A DNA stretch of 64,000 nucleotides. Source: an uncultured Candidatus Saccharibacteria bacterium. Lineage in GTDB: Bacteria > Patescibacteriota > Minisyncoccia > Phycocordibacterales > UBA9973. A model generated the notes under the pieces. It had not been told where the DNA came from. It did not search any database and saw only the letters and a program-made list of their open reading frames with translations. The stretch is from positions 1,693 to 65,692 of the forward strand of contig CAZHJZ010000002.1 in the NCBI GenBank assembly GCA_964532495.1, read 5' to 3'. Position 1 is the first letter of the stretch. Every line of letters starts with the position of its first letter. Made by a program: the position numbers and the translations under genes. Below are positions 1 through 9,223 of this stretch, one piece after another.

Positions 1-1126
1 CCTTTTTCATAGCCTTGATCTGAGCCGATCCTCCCACGCGAGACACTGAGTTACCGACGTTGATCGCAGGACGGATACCCTTGTAGAAGAGGTCTGTTTC
101 CAAAAAGATTTGTCCGTCAGTAATTGAGATCACGTTTGTAGGAATGTACGCTGAGATGTCGCCAGCCTGAGTTTCGATGATTGGAAGGGCTGTGATTGAT
201 CCGCCGCCGTATTCTTTGTTGCGTCGGCACGCTCGTTCGAGCAAGCGGGAGTGCAAGTAGAAGACGTCTCCAGGGTACGCTTCGCGGCCTGGTGGTCGTC
301 GGAGGAGGAGTGAGATTTCGCGGTATGCAACTGCATGTTTTGAAAGATCATCGTACACAATGAGAACATCTTTACCCTGATCCATGAAATATTCAGCGAT
401 CGCAACTCCAGTATATGGAGCTATGTATGAACGAGCTGCCGGTTCTGATGCGCCTGCTGAAACGATAACAGTGTATTCCATTGCGCCACCTTCGCGGAGA
501 CGAGTTTCGATCTTGCGGAGTTTTGAATCTTTCTGACCGATTGAAACGTAGACACAGAGCATGTTCTGGCCTTTCTGGTTCAAGATTGCATCGATAGCCA
601 CAGCTGTCTTACCAGTCTGTCGGTCACCGATGATAAGTTCACGCTGTCCTCGTCCAACCGGAACGAGTGCGTCGATAGCTTTGATACCAGTCTGAAGTGG
701 CTGGTCAACTGACTGACGAGTAACCACACCAGGAGCAACTTTTTCCACTGGCTGAGTTTTGGTAACTTTGATCGCACCTTGTCCATCGATTGGCTGAGCG
801 AGAGAGTTGAGCACGCGGCCGATAACTGAATCACCTACGCCGACTTCAAGAATCTTTCCTGTCGCGCGAACTTCATCGCCTTCTTTGATCTTCTTGTAGT
901 CGTCCAAAACGATGATACCAACGAAGTCTTCTTCGAGGTTAAGCGCTACGCCAGTTTCTCCACCAGCGAACGTCACCATTTCTGATGCCTTGATGTCTGA
1001 GAGTCCAGATACGCGAGCAATACCGTCGGCAATTTCTGCGACGATACCGACTTTTTCACCGCCAGTTGTTTTCTGGAAGGCAGTGATTTCTTTCTTAAGA
1101 TTTTCGATAATTGTATTTTTTGTCAT
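1..1126 (-). CDS. atpA: ATP synthase F1 alpha subunit (N-terminal ~375 aa; C-terminal end lies beyond the window start)
   Basis: Manual translation of minus strand from ATG at 1124-1126: [14 protein letters not shown]...[20 protein letters not shown]...; Walker A and conserved alpha-subunit blocks; ORF absent from track because it runs off the edge. Confidence 0.9.
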   Translation of the reverse strand, partial: MTKNTIIENLKKEITAFQKTTGGEKVGIVAEIADGIARVSGLSDIKASEMVTFAGGETGVALNLEEDFVGIIVLDDYKKIKEGDEVRATGKILEVGVGDSVIGRVLNSLAQPIDGQGAIKVTKTQPVEKVAPGVVTRQSVDQPLQTGIKAIDALVPVGRGQRELIIGDRQTGKTAVAIDAILNQKGQNMLCVYVSIGQKDSKLRKIETRLREGGAMEYTVIVSAGASEPAARSYIAPYTGVAIAEYFMDQGKDVLIVYDDLSKHAVAYREISLLLRRPPGREAYPGDVFYLHSRLLERACRRNKEYGGGSITALPIIETQAGDISAYIPTNVISITDGQIFLETDLFYKGIRPAINVGNSVSRVGGSAQIKAMKK

Positions 1127-1131
1127 ATGTT

Positions 1132-1524
1132 TTATGCGGCTAGTTGCTTATGTAACTGGTTGAGCGCGTGACCGAGGCTTGCGTCATGAACCGTATCTCC
1201 GACTTTTACTTTGATTCCTCCGATCAATCGCTGGTCGACTTTTTCGATAACCTCTATCTCTTTTGCTCCGTATTTTTGTTTGAGCGAGAGGGCGAGAGAT
1301 TTGAGCGATGCTTCATCGAGCCTGTTTGCTGTGGTGACGGTTGCTTCGATGATGCCGTTTGCCTTGTTGTAGAGGTTCTGATATTCAGCAATGATCTCTT
1401 TCATTTCCCCTTGCATTCGTTTCTTGTAGACAAGTTCGACGAATTCTTTGAGGCCGGTATTAGATTTCTGTTCGGTAATCTCGAGCAAGAGTTGAGCGAA
1501 GTCTTTTGGTTTTAGTTTGGTCAT
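1132..1524 (-). CDS. atpH: ATP synthase delta subunit (OSCP)
   Basis: 130 aa, position between atpF and atpA, delta/OSCP-like sequence. Confidence 0.75.
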   Translation of the reverse strand: MTKLKPKDFAQLLLEITEQKSNTGLKEFVELVYKKRMQGEMKEIIAEYQNLYNKANGIIEATVTTANRLDEASLKSLALSLKQKYGAKEIEVIEKVDQRLIGGIKVKVGDTVHDASLGHALNQLHKQLAA

Positions 1525-2021
1525 GCGGTTACCTCGTTTATGCTTTTGGTAACGAGAGCGCTTTCAACTGATCCTTTGACTGTTCCTTCAAGAACTTTTT
1601 CAGTTGCAGCGATGACGATATCTGCGAGTTCTGTTTTTGCGTCAGCGAGCATTTTTGCCTTGTCTGCTTCAAGCTGAGTTTTTCCCTGAGCAAGAATATT
1701 GTTTGCTTCTGTCTTTGCTGCTTCCATGATTCGTGTTTTCTCACTTTCAGCAGTTTTCTTTGCATCGGTGATCAGTTCGCTTGCTTCTTTGCGTGCCTGA
1801 GCAAGTGCTTCAGCGTATTCCTTTTCAGTGAGAGCAAGCTTGGTAGCATTTTCTTTTGCATCAGTAAGTCCTTTTGAAATAGTATTGCCTCGCTCTTCCA
1901 TGAGTTTGCCGAGCGGCTTGATTGCATATCTGTAGAGAACAAAGAAGACAATGCCAAAGTTCACCATCTGAGCGATGATGATTTTCCAGTCGATGTGAAA
2001 TGTTGAAATGAGTGAATCCAT
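1521..2021 (-). CDS. atpF: ATP synthase F0 subunit b
   Basis: 166 aa, N-terminal TM helix then long charged coiled-coil (AEALAQARKEA...), operon position. Confidence 0.8.
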   Translation of the reverse strand: MDSLISTFHIDWKIIIAQMVNFGIVFFVLYRYAIKPLGKLMEERGNTISKGLTDAKENATKLALTEKEYAEALAQARKEASELITDAKKTAESEKTRIMEAAKTEANNILAQGKTQLEADKAKMLADAKTELADIVIAATEKVLEGTVKGSVESALVTKSINEVTA

Positions 2022-2105
2022 AGTATGTTTGTTTGATTAACTCCGGAATAATATCCAGAATCCGATGCCTGACCGATAGGAAGTCAGGCGCCGATTTCTT
2101 TGATA

Positions 2106-2333
<228 letters not shown>

Positions 2334-2424
2334 CTAATTAATAATCTTTTTGACCAACTCCGTAAAACGGATGGGTTGCAGTGAGAACGCTGTTCTCCGC
2401 ACAACCCAGCCGTCTTATGAATTT

Positions 2425-3375
2425 TTAATGTAACGCTACTTCTTCGAGGTTGTGCACCGTTTCTGATTCATGTGCGTGTTCCTCGTTGTGCTCCTCATGA
2501 TCATCCGAGGCAACCGTGAAGTATACCAGGGTGAGCATTGAGAAGATCAGGGCTTGGATCACGCCGACGAGGATTTCGAGGAACAAGAACGGGATCGGTA
2601 CAAAGTACGCGATCAGTGCTGCCATTGAGGCAAGGAGAACTTCTCCCGCAAACACATTTCCGAAAAGACGGAATGAGAGAGAGGCTATCTTCGCAAATTC
2701 GCCGATGATTTCAAGCAATCCTACGAAGAATGTAATCGGTGCTACAACCACTATGGTCGGATCCTTGCGAATCTTTCCAGGAATGCTTGCGAGCGCCTTA
2801 AGGTTAACAAATTTGTTGAACATTTTCCAGATACCGAGTGTGACGATACCGAAAACGTTTGCGCCGATAACTGCCATGACAGCAAGAGCGATGGTGGTGT
2901 TGATGTCAGCCGTTCCGCTTCGGACGAACGGGATGAAAGAAGAGAGTCCGTGATGTGTTTCTACAAGTCCAAATCCGCCGACAGGAAGAATTCCAAGCCA
3001 GTTGTTGATGAGCACGAAGAAGAATATTGAAATGACGATTGGAAATACCTTTTGGGATTTTGCGCGATTGTTTGTAACTTGGTCAGCAAGCGCGAGACCC
3101 TGTTCATAGACTATTTCCATGACATGCTGGAACTTGCCTGGTATTTTTTTGAGGTGGAGTTTTACCGCGAGAGCGATAATAACAATGATAACTACGGCAA
3201 CCCAGCTCGTAATAAGGGCGTTAGTGATAGCAAAAGTACCGATATGTGCTACCGGTTCAGCATAGAGAGTTATCTCATGCTTAATCTCAGATGAAGCTGT
3301 GGTTGCTTCATGCGTGGTTTCAGTATTATGCGTTGTTGTCGTTGTTTCGTGTGTTGTTTCCATTTTTTTTCTCAA
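2425..3375 (-). CDS. atpB: ATP synthase F0 subunit a with Thr-rich N-terminal and His/Glu-rich C-terminal extensions
   Basis: 316 aa, multi-TM, conserved C-terminal helix pair (SLSFRLFGN...); start codon uncertain, overlaps atpZ-like ORF by ~40-50 nt. Confidence 0.8.
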   Translation of the reverse strand: MRKKMETTHETTTTTHNTETTHEATTASSEIKHEITLYAEPVAHIGTFAITNALITSWVAVVIIVIIALAVKLHLKKIPGKFQHVMEIVYEQGLALADQVTNNRAKSQKVFPIVISIFFFVLINNWLGILPVGGFGLVETHHGLSSFIPFVRSGTADINTTIALAVMAVIGANVFGIVTLGIWKMFNKFVNLKALASIPGKIRKDPTIVVVAPITFFVGLLEIIGEFAKIASLSFRLFGNVFAGEVLLASMAALIAYFVPIPFLFLEILVGVIQALIFSMLTLVYFTVASDDHEEHNEEHAHESETVHNLEEVALH

Positions 3376-3601
3376 GGTCTCTCATGTATTGCATGGTTTC
3401 TTTGTAAATACCAAAGCATGAGATTAAAAAAGCGAATGCAGTCAGTCCTAGGAAGATGAACGGCTTCGTGCCGAATCTTGTATCCAAGTATCTGCCTAAA
3501 AAAAGACAGATGATGACGGGTGTTACCACCCAGCCAGAGATTTTTGTAAAAACCAGAAGCGAGTCGCGCCAGAGGTTTTGTGTGTCTTGTTTCTCCTTCA
3601 T
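3326..3601 (-). CDS. atpZ: AtpZ/AtpI-like small membrane protein (putative ATP synthase gene-1 protein)
   Basis: 91 aa, two predicted TM helices, motif LGRYLDTRFGTKPFIFLGLTAF resembling the AtpZ LGxWLDxxxGTxP signature; first gene of the atp operon. Confidence 0.5.
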   Translation of the reverse strand: MKEKQDTQNLWRDSLLVFTKISGWVVTPVIICLFLGRYLDTRFGTKPFIFLGLTAFAFLISCFGIYKETMQYMRDLEKKNGNNTRNNDNNA

Positions 3602-3608
3602 GGCGGGG

Positions 3609-3680
3609 TGAGCATGGATGGAATCGGACCATCGACCTCTGTCTTATCAGGACAGCGTTCTACCACTGAACTACATGCTC
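3609..3680 (-). tRNA. tRNA-Ile (anticodon GAU), CCA not encoded
   Basis: Manual fold of minus strand: acceptor GAGCAUG/CAUGCUC, D-arm UAGUUCAGUGGUAGAACG, anticodon stem CUGUC/GACAG with loop CUGAUAA (GAU), T-arm GAUGG-UCCGAUU-CCAUC, discriminator A. Confidence 0.8.
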
Positions 3681-3725
3681 ATATCGTCGCAAATAAGCGA
3701 AAATGCCAGTTAATCTGGCGCCGTT

Positions 3726-3754
3726 ATTCTATCAAAAAGTACGAGAGAAAGCAA
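3726..3754 (-). promoter_or_regulatory. putative sigma70-type promoter for tRNA-Ile (TTGCTT-17-TAGAAT)
   Basis: -35/-10 hexamers with 17-nt spacer on minus strand ~35 nt upstream of the tRNA 5' end. Confidence 0.3.
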
Positions 3755-3773
3755 TAAACGCAGATTTTAAATC

Positions 3774-4754
3774 CTAGTCTTCGTCCGCTTCGTCTCCAAC
3801 CACTCCAGAATTGAGCGCATCAATGATCTTTTGGATCTGCCCGTTTTGTATAGCTGGGATGTTTGACCATGATTGGCGAATGCGGTGGTCGGTCACGCGG
3901 TCTTGCGGAAAGTTATATGTGCGGATTTTTTCGCTTCGATCCCCTGTTCCAATCTGGTTTTTACGGTCAGCTGCATATTTCTTTGCTTCCTCCTCTTCTT
4001 TCAGCGCTTGGAGTTTTGCGGTAAGGATGCTCATAGCCTTTTCTCTGTTGCCGAGCTGGCTGCGCTCAGATGTCGATCGTACGTCGATACCAGTTGGTTT
4101 GTGGATCAATCGCACTGCTGTTTCAACTTTGTTGACGTTTTGTCCTCCAGCACCTCCTGAACGTGAATATTCCATCTCAAGATCGCCTGGATCAATGACA
4201 AAGTTAACCTTCTTTCTCATTGGAAGAACGGCAACTGAAGCAGTAGAAGTGTGAATGCGGCCATTTTTTTCAGTTCCAGGAACTCGCTGTACGCGATGGA
4301 CGCCAGTTTCGTAGCGGAGATCCTTATAAACATCTTTTCCTTTAATTTCAAGAGAGACTTCTTTGTAACCGCCCACATCGCTTTTTGCTTCTTCTGTAAT
4401 CTTTGAAGACCAGCCTCGGCCTTCTGCGTATCGCTGGTACATTTCTGCCAATTCCCATGCAAACAATGATGCCTCGTCGCCTCCTGCGCCAGCTCGTACT
4501 TCCATGATGATTTCATTCGGGAATTCCTCCTCTTCTTTCTCGCTTTCCTGGATTTGTTTTACCTGCGACTCGATAGCCTCGCGCTGAATTTTTAGAGATT
4601 CGATCTCTTCTTTGCCAAGTTCAAAAAGCGATTCGTCGTCGCCAATGGCTTCGCGAACTTTTTCTTCTTCGACTTCAAGACGCTCGTATTCGTCGACGAG
4701 GTAGCTCAATCTGTGGTTTTTGCGAAGTTCATCGCGGGTGGTTATATCTAGCAT
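3774..4754 (-). CDS. prfA: peptide chain release factor 1 (PxT-type, motif PGT; GGQ present)
   Basis: 326 aa; RVQRVPGTE...GRIHTS and [11 protein letters not shown] motifs; no SPF motif (not RF2). Confidence 0.85.
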   Translation of the reverse strand: MLDITTRDELRKNHRLSYLVDEYERLEVEEEKVREAIGDDESLFELGKEEIESLKIQREAIESQVKQIQESEKEEEEFPNEIIMEVRAGAGGDEASLFAWELAEMYQRYAEGRGWSSKITEEAKSDVGGYKEVSLEIKGKDVYKDLRYETGVHRVQRVPGTEKNGRIHTSTASVAVLPMRKKVNFVIDPGDLEMEYSRSGGAGGQNVNKVETAVRLIHKPTGIDVRSTSERSQLGNREKAMSILTAKLQALKEEEEAKKYAADRKNQIGTGDRSEKIRTYNFPQDRVTDHRIRQSWSNIPAIQNGQIQKIIDALNSGVVGDEADED

Positions 4755-4764
4755 ACGTTATTCC

Positions 4765-4846
4765 TACACTTAGTGGCTGCACGAGCCTGGTCGAGGAAGT
4801 ATGGAAGTACCACGCCGCTCGCGGCAACCTGCTTATCAGCAGGTTG
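4765..4846 (-). ncRNA. conserved structured RNA element, copy A (hairpin with GAUA loop engulfing the rpmE stop codon; ends in the prfA Shine-Dalgarno sequence)
   Basis: 82-nt element shared with 34509-34590 and 19939-20016; conserved blocks CCGCG...GCGUrrUAC...CGAyCArG...CGUGCAGCCAyWAAGUGUA; compensatory changes in two helices. Confidence 0.5.
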
Positions 4847-4847
4847 G

Positions 4848-5120
4848 CTATTTTGACTTCTTTTTTGAAGCAGTAGCTTCCTGGCGCTTCTTGAACTTGT
4901 CCACGCGTCCTGCAACGTCAAGGAGAACTTCAGTTCCAGTATAAAAAGGATGAGATACGCTTGAAATTTCAACACGGTACAAAGGATATTCTTTGCCGTC
5001 GTCTTTCGAGATGCCAGTTTCTTTTGTAGGTACAGTTGAGTAGATAAGAAATTGAGCTCCGGAAGTCATATCTTCAAATATAACCTGGCGATAGTCTTTT
5101 GGGTGGATGTCTTTTTTCAT
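4848..5120 (-). CDS. rpmE: 50S ribosomal protein L31 (non-zinc type B)
   Basis: 90 aa, [10 protein letters not shown]... typical L31 N-terminus, no CxxC. Confidence 0.9.
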   Translation of the reverse strand: MKKDIHPKDYRQVIFEDMTSGAQFLIYSTVPTKETGISKDDGKEYPLYRVEISSVSHPFYTGTEVLLDVAGRVDKFKKRQEATASKKKSK

Positions 5121-5165
5121 ACCGGGCTACTATAGCATTTTTTCAAAGATTTGCAAGATGCGACT

Positions 5166-6569
5166 TTATCTTCTTGAAATTCCATACTGTTTAAGGTAGT
5201 CAATATCGCTCTGGATTGATGCTTTGAGCTTCATAACGCTTGTTCCATAGGAACATGAAGCACCACCGCTACCGTAGTATTTACATGCTGCTTTGATCTG
5301 AGCGCTATAGCTTGTCCCGACGGCTCCGAGGTCAGTTAGGTACATAGATGAGGCCATAAATGCGTCTTCTGCATTCCATGGATTCGCATCATGTCCGAGT
5401 GCAGTTTTGAGACGATTTACAAAAATTTTCCAGGTTGAAGCAATGAACTGAGCAGGTCCCATGGCTCCTCCATATCCTCCGGCGCTTGGGATTGGACAGG
5501 AAACAGCAGTCTTCAAGGGGTCAAGGCCAAGCTTCCCTACTATGTCTAGGAATGGAGGAATATCTCGGCTTGGTTTCATGACATTGGTAAATGTTTTTCC
5601 CGTTGTTGGATTGTACCCGGCTCCGCTTGTTGTATCGCTCAAGTAACATTTTCCCACGTTAGAACCGAGGTTTGACTCCTGGGTAAGGATTGCAAGAACG
5701 AATGCTGGATCTACTCCAGTTGCGGTGGAAGCTTTCTCTGCATACTGAAGAGCAACGTCGAATCGAATAGCTGAAGATCCTCCGGCAAGACTGAAGAGTT
5801 TCGCCTTGATTGCAGAAACTTTTGCAGCGCGGTCAGCGAGGATTGCCTGGTATTCTTTTTCTTTGTTTTTACTGATTGAAAGAAGCTGGTTCTGCTCAGC
5901 CTGGTTTTTTTCAATTTGCGTTTTGCTTTTTTCAATTGCAGCTTTTGCGTCACGCTCTTGGTCCTGTTTCTTTTCGAGCAATTGTTTTGCTGTTTCTGTT
6001 TGAGTCTTGAGGCCAAGGATCTCGTCGATAGAATTTTTTACTGCAAATTTGATCGAGTCAAAAGCAGCGACGTCGCTGTAAAATTCTGAGATGGAATGTT
6101 CAGACAAAACAAGATCTACTACGGTAGACTGGTCCATTGCGTGAGTGTTTCGGATGAGCTGAGCAAGTGACTCTTTCTCGCTGTCGATCTTTTCTTTTAA
6201 GTCTTCGATTTCGTTTGATTTGTCAGTGATTTCCCCTGAAAGCTCGCTAATAGCAAGGTTCTTGGCCTTGATATTGAGTTTGGCAGTATCGACTTGCTTC
6301 TTTAAACGAGAAATATCGCTCGTCAGCGTCTGTGATTGCCCCTGCTGATTCTTGAGTTCTGCCTGTTTCTGGGCAATTTCTGCTTCGAGGGCGGCAAGGT
6401 CGCTTTGGAGCTTCGCTCTATCTATCTGCGCTTGAGTTAGTTGAGCTTGCTGGGCGTATACGAGCGGAGAAAGTGGAAGTATGACGGCCAAAACAAAAAC
6501 CGCAAAAGCGATAACGCTTTTTGCAGTTTTTGTTTTAAGTCTCTTTTGTTGGTCAAAGAAGTTCCACAT
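5166..6569 (-). CDS. membrane-anchored coiled-coil protein with C-terminal lytic transglycosylase (SLT, family 1) domain
   Basis: 467 aa; N-terminal TM, ~250 aa coiled coil, C-terminal ...ILTQESNLG... and GAMGPAQFIASTW (ES / GLMQ-like SLT motifs). Confidence 0.6.
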   Translation of the reverse strand: MWNFFDQQKRLKTKTAKSVIAFAVFVLAVILPLSPLVYAQQAQLTQAQIDRAKLQSDLAALEAEIAQKQAELKNQQGQSQTLTSDISRLKKQVDTAKLNIKAKNLAISELSGEITDKSNEIEDLKEKIDSEKESLAQLIRNTHAMDQSTVVDLVLSEHSISEFYSDVAAFDSIKFAVKNSIDEILGLKTQTETAKQLLEKKQDQERDAKAAIEKSKTQIEKNQAEQNQLLSISKNKEKEYQAILADRAAKVSAIKAKLFSLAGGSSAIRFDVALQYAEKASTATGVDPAFVLAILTQESNLGSNVGKCYLSDTTSGAGYNPTTGKTFTNVMKPSRDIPPFLDIVGKLGLDPLKTAVSCPIPSAGGYGGAMGPAQFIASTWKIFVNRLKTALGHDANPWNAEDAFMASSMYLTDLGAVGTSYSAQIKAACKYYGSGGASCSYGTSVMKLKASIQSDIDYLKQYGISRR

Positions 6570-6593
6570 AATAAGTCTCGCCTGAGGCGTGAA

Positions 6594-7232
6594 TTACTCC
6601 GCAGCTGGCTCCTCTTCGTCTTTCTTTCCTTTCTTTTCAACTTCGATTTTCGACAAATCGATCGGTGTAGCTGTATCTTCGACTTCTTCTACCTGTGCTG
6701 CAAGTGATGCAATAACCTCGTCCTGTCCTGCTGTTGCAGTGACTCCTGCTGGAAGTTTCAAGTCTGAAACAAGGATCTGGTCATGAAGCGCTACGAGTTT
6801 TGAGAGATCAACGGTTACTGAGTGAGGCATGTGTTTTGGAAGTCCTGAAACTTCGATTTCATGCATAACTTTAACCAAAGTACCAAGGTTTCCTTTTACT
6901 GCTGGTGACACACCGTCGAATTCGAGCGGGATAGCCACTTCGATTGGCTTGTTCATGTCGACTACGAGGAAGTCTACATGAAGAGGAGTTCCTCTCAACG
7001 GATCAAACTGGACTTCGTGGATCAAAACGTCTACTTTTTCGCTTCCTACTGTAAGAGTGACAGTTGAAGATTCGCCAGCTTCCTTGAAAGCCTTCTCGAA
7101 TTCCTTCTGTTTAATGCTAATTGGAGTTGTTTCTTTGCCTGCGCCGTAAAAAACTGCTGGAACCATGCCCCCTGTTCGGATTGCAGCGAGATTTTCTTTA
7201 GGATCGCGTGTTGTTGCTGTGATATTTGACAT
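6594..7232 (-). CDS. rplY: 50S ribosomal protein L25 / general stress protein Ctc
   Basis: Start moved to internal Met (MSNITATTRDPKENL...), 213 aa; the upstream part of the track ORF runs through GC-rich non-coding-looking sequence. Confidence 0.8.
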   Translation of the reverse strand: MSNITATTRDPKENLAAIRTGGMVPAVFYGAGKETTPISIKQKEFEKAFKEAGESSTVTLTVGSEKVDVLIHEVQFDPLRGTPLHVDFLVVDMNKPIEVAIPLEFDGVSPAVKGNLGTLVKVMHEIEVSGLPKHMPHSVTVDLSKLVALHDQILVSDLKLPAGVTATAGQDEVIASLAAQVEEVEDTATPIDLSKIEVEKKGKKDEEEPAAE

Positions 7233-7318
7233 ATTGGGATAGTTTAGCAGAAAAACCCAAAAATGCAAGGTTAGGATTAGCAGGAATATAGGATACAGGA
7301 GGATACTGCGGTGAGACA

Positions 7319-7427
7319 GTGCGCGATGTCGCCTGCCCGTGGAAGGGGCTCGCGGACTGCAGGAGCGGGAGCAAAAATCTCTCAAGATTTTATGCGCACC
7401 CTTCTACGGGCAGGCGGCGAAGCGCAC
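7319..7427 (+). ncRNA. GC-rich structured RNA candidate (6 + 20 bp closing helix, two internal hairpins), identity unknown
   Basis: 5' GUGCGC-GAU-GUCGCCUGCCCGUGGAAGGG pairs with 3' CCCUUCUACGGGCAGGCGGC-GAA-GCGCAC; two G.U pairs on plus strand would be A.C mismatches on minus, so plus-strand transcript inferred; GC content far above flanking DNA. Confidence 0.4.
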
Positions 7428-7454
7428 CCAATAAAATCATATTGGTATCTGTTG

Positions 7455-9212
7455 CTATGAATTATGCGGAACATCTACATGCGGCGGAATCATGTATTTT
7501 TCGATATTCTCCATAGTGGCGCCAACTTTTTTCTTCGGGTTGAAGATCGCAAGCGGATCGAAAATGTTCTTTGTCTGAACAAAGAGGTCATATATTTCTT
7601 TGCCATACATCTGAAGTAGAAATGGTGAACGAATAATTCCATCGTTGTGCTCAGCAGTGATAGATCCATGATACGACAAAACAAGGCTGTATACCTTTTG
7701 AGAAAGTTTGGTAACTATCATGGGCAGCTTTGGGTCGAAAGGATCGACAAGCGGAATAATATGGAAATTGCCATTTTCAGCATGTCCTGCGATTGTATAA
7801 ATGAGTGATGGGTATTCAGCTATAAGCGCATTCACCTTTGGTAAAAATTCCGACAAAAACTCGGGACGGACGATAATATCATCAATAAACGGTGCAGTTC
7901 GCAATCCTTTTACATGCTTGCGGAGCAGGTTGAAGCTATCTCGGCGCATATCCCAATATTTTTCTGCTTCGTTTTCGCTGCGAGTGATGCGCGACTGATA
8001 TCCAAATCGCTTTATTTTTTCCATTCCGAGGCGGCATTTTGCGTCGATTTCCTGTTCCGTATCGCCAGAATATTGCGTCATAAGTACCATCTTCGGAATA
8101 CCTCCGGTAAGAAGCATCCAAAATTCTGGAATGAATGAGAGTGTGAACTTGATAGTCCCCCATACTCCTTTTGATTTCAAAAAGTCGGTAAAGAATTTGA
8201 GTGCAAGCTTAAAAGTTTTGTCGTCGTATGACTCGATACTTTCAGGATTAGTAGAAAGTAATTCGTTTGCGATCTCCCCAACTTTTGAAAAGTCGGGAAG
8301 AAACACAACGAGCAATTTTGATTTCTTTTGTTTGTCTACTAATCTAAAAACTATTTCAGTGACAATGCCAAGTGTTCCCTGTGATCCGATGATGAGCTGT
8401 GAAAAATCAAAAACATCTTCGTCTTCAGTTTTTCCTCGTTTAAGAATATGCCAGAGCGAATATCCTGCAGAGTTTTTGGAAACATGCGGCTTTGATGCGC
8501 GGATTAATGCCTCATGATCTTTGATGAGTTCAAACATTTGCTTGTATGCTTTTCCTTCGAACGTTGGCTCAGTAATTTTGTTGTATAGTTCGCGGCGCGT
8601 GATGGGGCTAAAAGTGTATTCGTATCCGTCAGCAAGTACTACTTTCAGCTCTTTAACATAGTCCTCAGTTTTGCCGTAGCGAAGAGTCAATTCCCCGCCG
8701 GAATTGTTGCCCACCATTCCTCCGACGGCATTCAAAGTTTTGGATGCGGTATAACATGGAAGCAATAGATCCTGCTTGAGCGTTTCCGCTTCAAAATCAC
8801 GATAAAAACATCCCGGCTGCACGCGAGCTTCGCCGACGATTGTTACTTCATTACTATTTTCAAATAGCGGCTTGATTGTATATGGTACAGCAAGTCGCTG
8901 CACAGTGAGAATATTCCCCATATATCGAGTTGTATCCATAATGATGGAATCATTGATGGCTCCTCCTGACATGCAAGTACCCGCTGCGCGAGCAGTGATA
9001 GAAAGCGATGGGTATTTTGCTTTATTTTCGTTCACCCATTTTACGAGCACTTGTATATCCGCAGAGTCTTTTGGAAAGACGACAACCTGGGGACGGATTT
9101 CAAAAAGCGACGCATCATGGCTGTACGCAGAAAGCGTAGCATCGCTGACATCGATGTCGCCTTTGAAATTTTTCTTGAGGTCTTCAAACATTGCATAAAG
9201 TATATCATGCAA
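7455..9212 (-). CDS. FAD-linked oxidase (GlcD / D-lactate dehydrogenase-like, FAD-binding PCMH domain)
   Basis: 585 aa; N-terminal FAD_binding_4-like region and C-terminal FAD-oxidase_C-like region. Confidence 0.65.
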   Translation of the reverse strand: MHDILYAMFEDLKKNFKGDIDVSDATLSAYSHDASLFEIRPQVVVFPKDSADIQVLVKWVNENKAKYPSLSITARAAGTCMSGGAINDSIIMDTTRYMGNILTVQRLAVPYTIKPLFENSNEVTIVGEARVQPGCFYRDFEAETLKQDLLLPCYTASKTLNAVGGMVGNNSGGELTLRYGKTEDYVKELKVVLADGYEYTFSPITRRELYNKITEPTFEGKAYKQMFELIKDHEALIRASKPHVSKNSAGYSLWHILKRGKTEDEDVFDFSQLIIGSQGTLGIVTEIVFRLVDKQKKSKLLVVFLPDFSKVGEIANELLSTNPESIESYDDKTFKLALKFFTDFLKSKGVWGTIKFTLSFIPEFWMLLTGGIPKMVLMTQYSGDTEQEIDAKCRLGMEKIKRFGYQSRITRSENEAEKYWDMRRDSFNLLRKHVKGLRTAPFIDDIIVRPEFLSEFLPKVNALIAEYPSLIYTIAGHAENGNFHIIPLVDPFDPKLPMIVTKLSQKVYSLVLSYHGSITAEHNDGIIRSPFLLQMYGKEIYDLFVQTKNIFDPLAIFNPKKKVGATMENIEKYMIPPHVDVPHNS

Positions 9213-9223
9213 AAGAATAAAGC

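Noticed and set aside
130-1163. Track ORFs 130-405(-), 580-834(-), 912-1163(+) inside the atpA region
   Set aside because: They are out-of-frame or antisense reading frames within the real atpA CDS (which the track missed because it runs off the window edge). Low-complexity, Arg/Ser-rich translations.
3609-3680. Encoded CCA end for tRNA-Ile
   Set aside because: Sequence after the discriminator A is CCCCGCC, not CCA. CCA must be added post-transcriptionally.
3774-4754. Possibility of alternative genetic code (UGA recoding) or RF2 with programmed frameshift
   Set aside because: The release factor has the RF1 PxT-type tripeptide (PGT), not SPF. Long ORFs of >1000 aa are uninterrupted under the standard code. 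There is no evidence for code 25 or a prfB-type +1 frameshift site.
4765-4846. Reading the repeated element as a sigma70 promoter (hairpin-end TTGCCG/TTACCG as -35 and CATACT/TAAACT/TAAAAT as -10)
   Set aside because: The hexamers can be found with 17-18-nt spacing, but the compensatory base changes link the putative spacer region with the 'transcribed' region in all three copies. This is unexpected for a promoter and favours an RNA structure. Kept only as an alternative to test.
5121-5165. Promoter TTGCAA-17-TATAGT immediately upstream of rpmE
   Set aside because: Hexamers are present, but the -10 would lie only ~9 nt from the ATG with no SD. Too uncertain to annotate.
7319-7427. Assigning the GC-rich structured RNA as SRP RNA (ffs) or 6S RNA
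   Set aside because: The predicted fold is branched (3-way junction) rather than a rod. It lacks the domain-IV GNRA / AGCAGC-type motif of 4.5S RNA. It is too short for 6S or RNase P.
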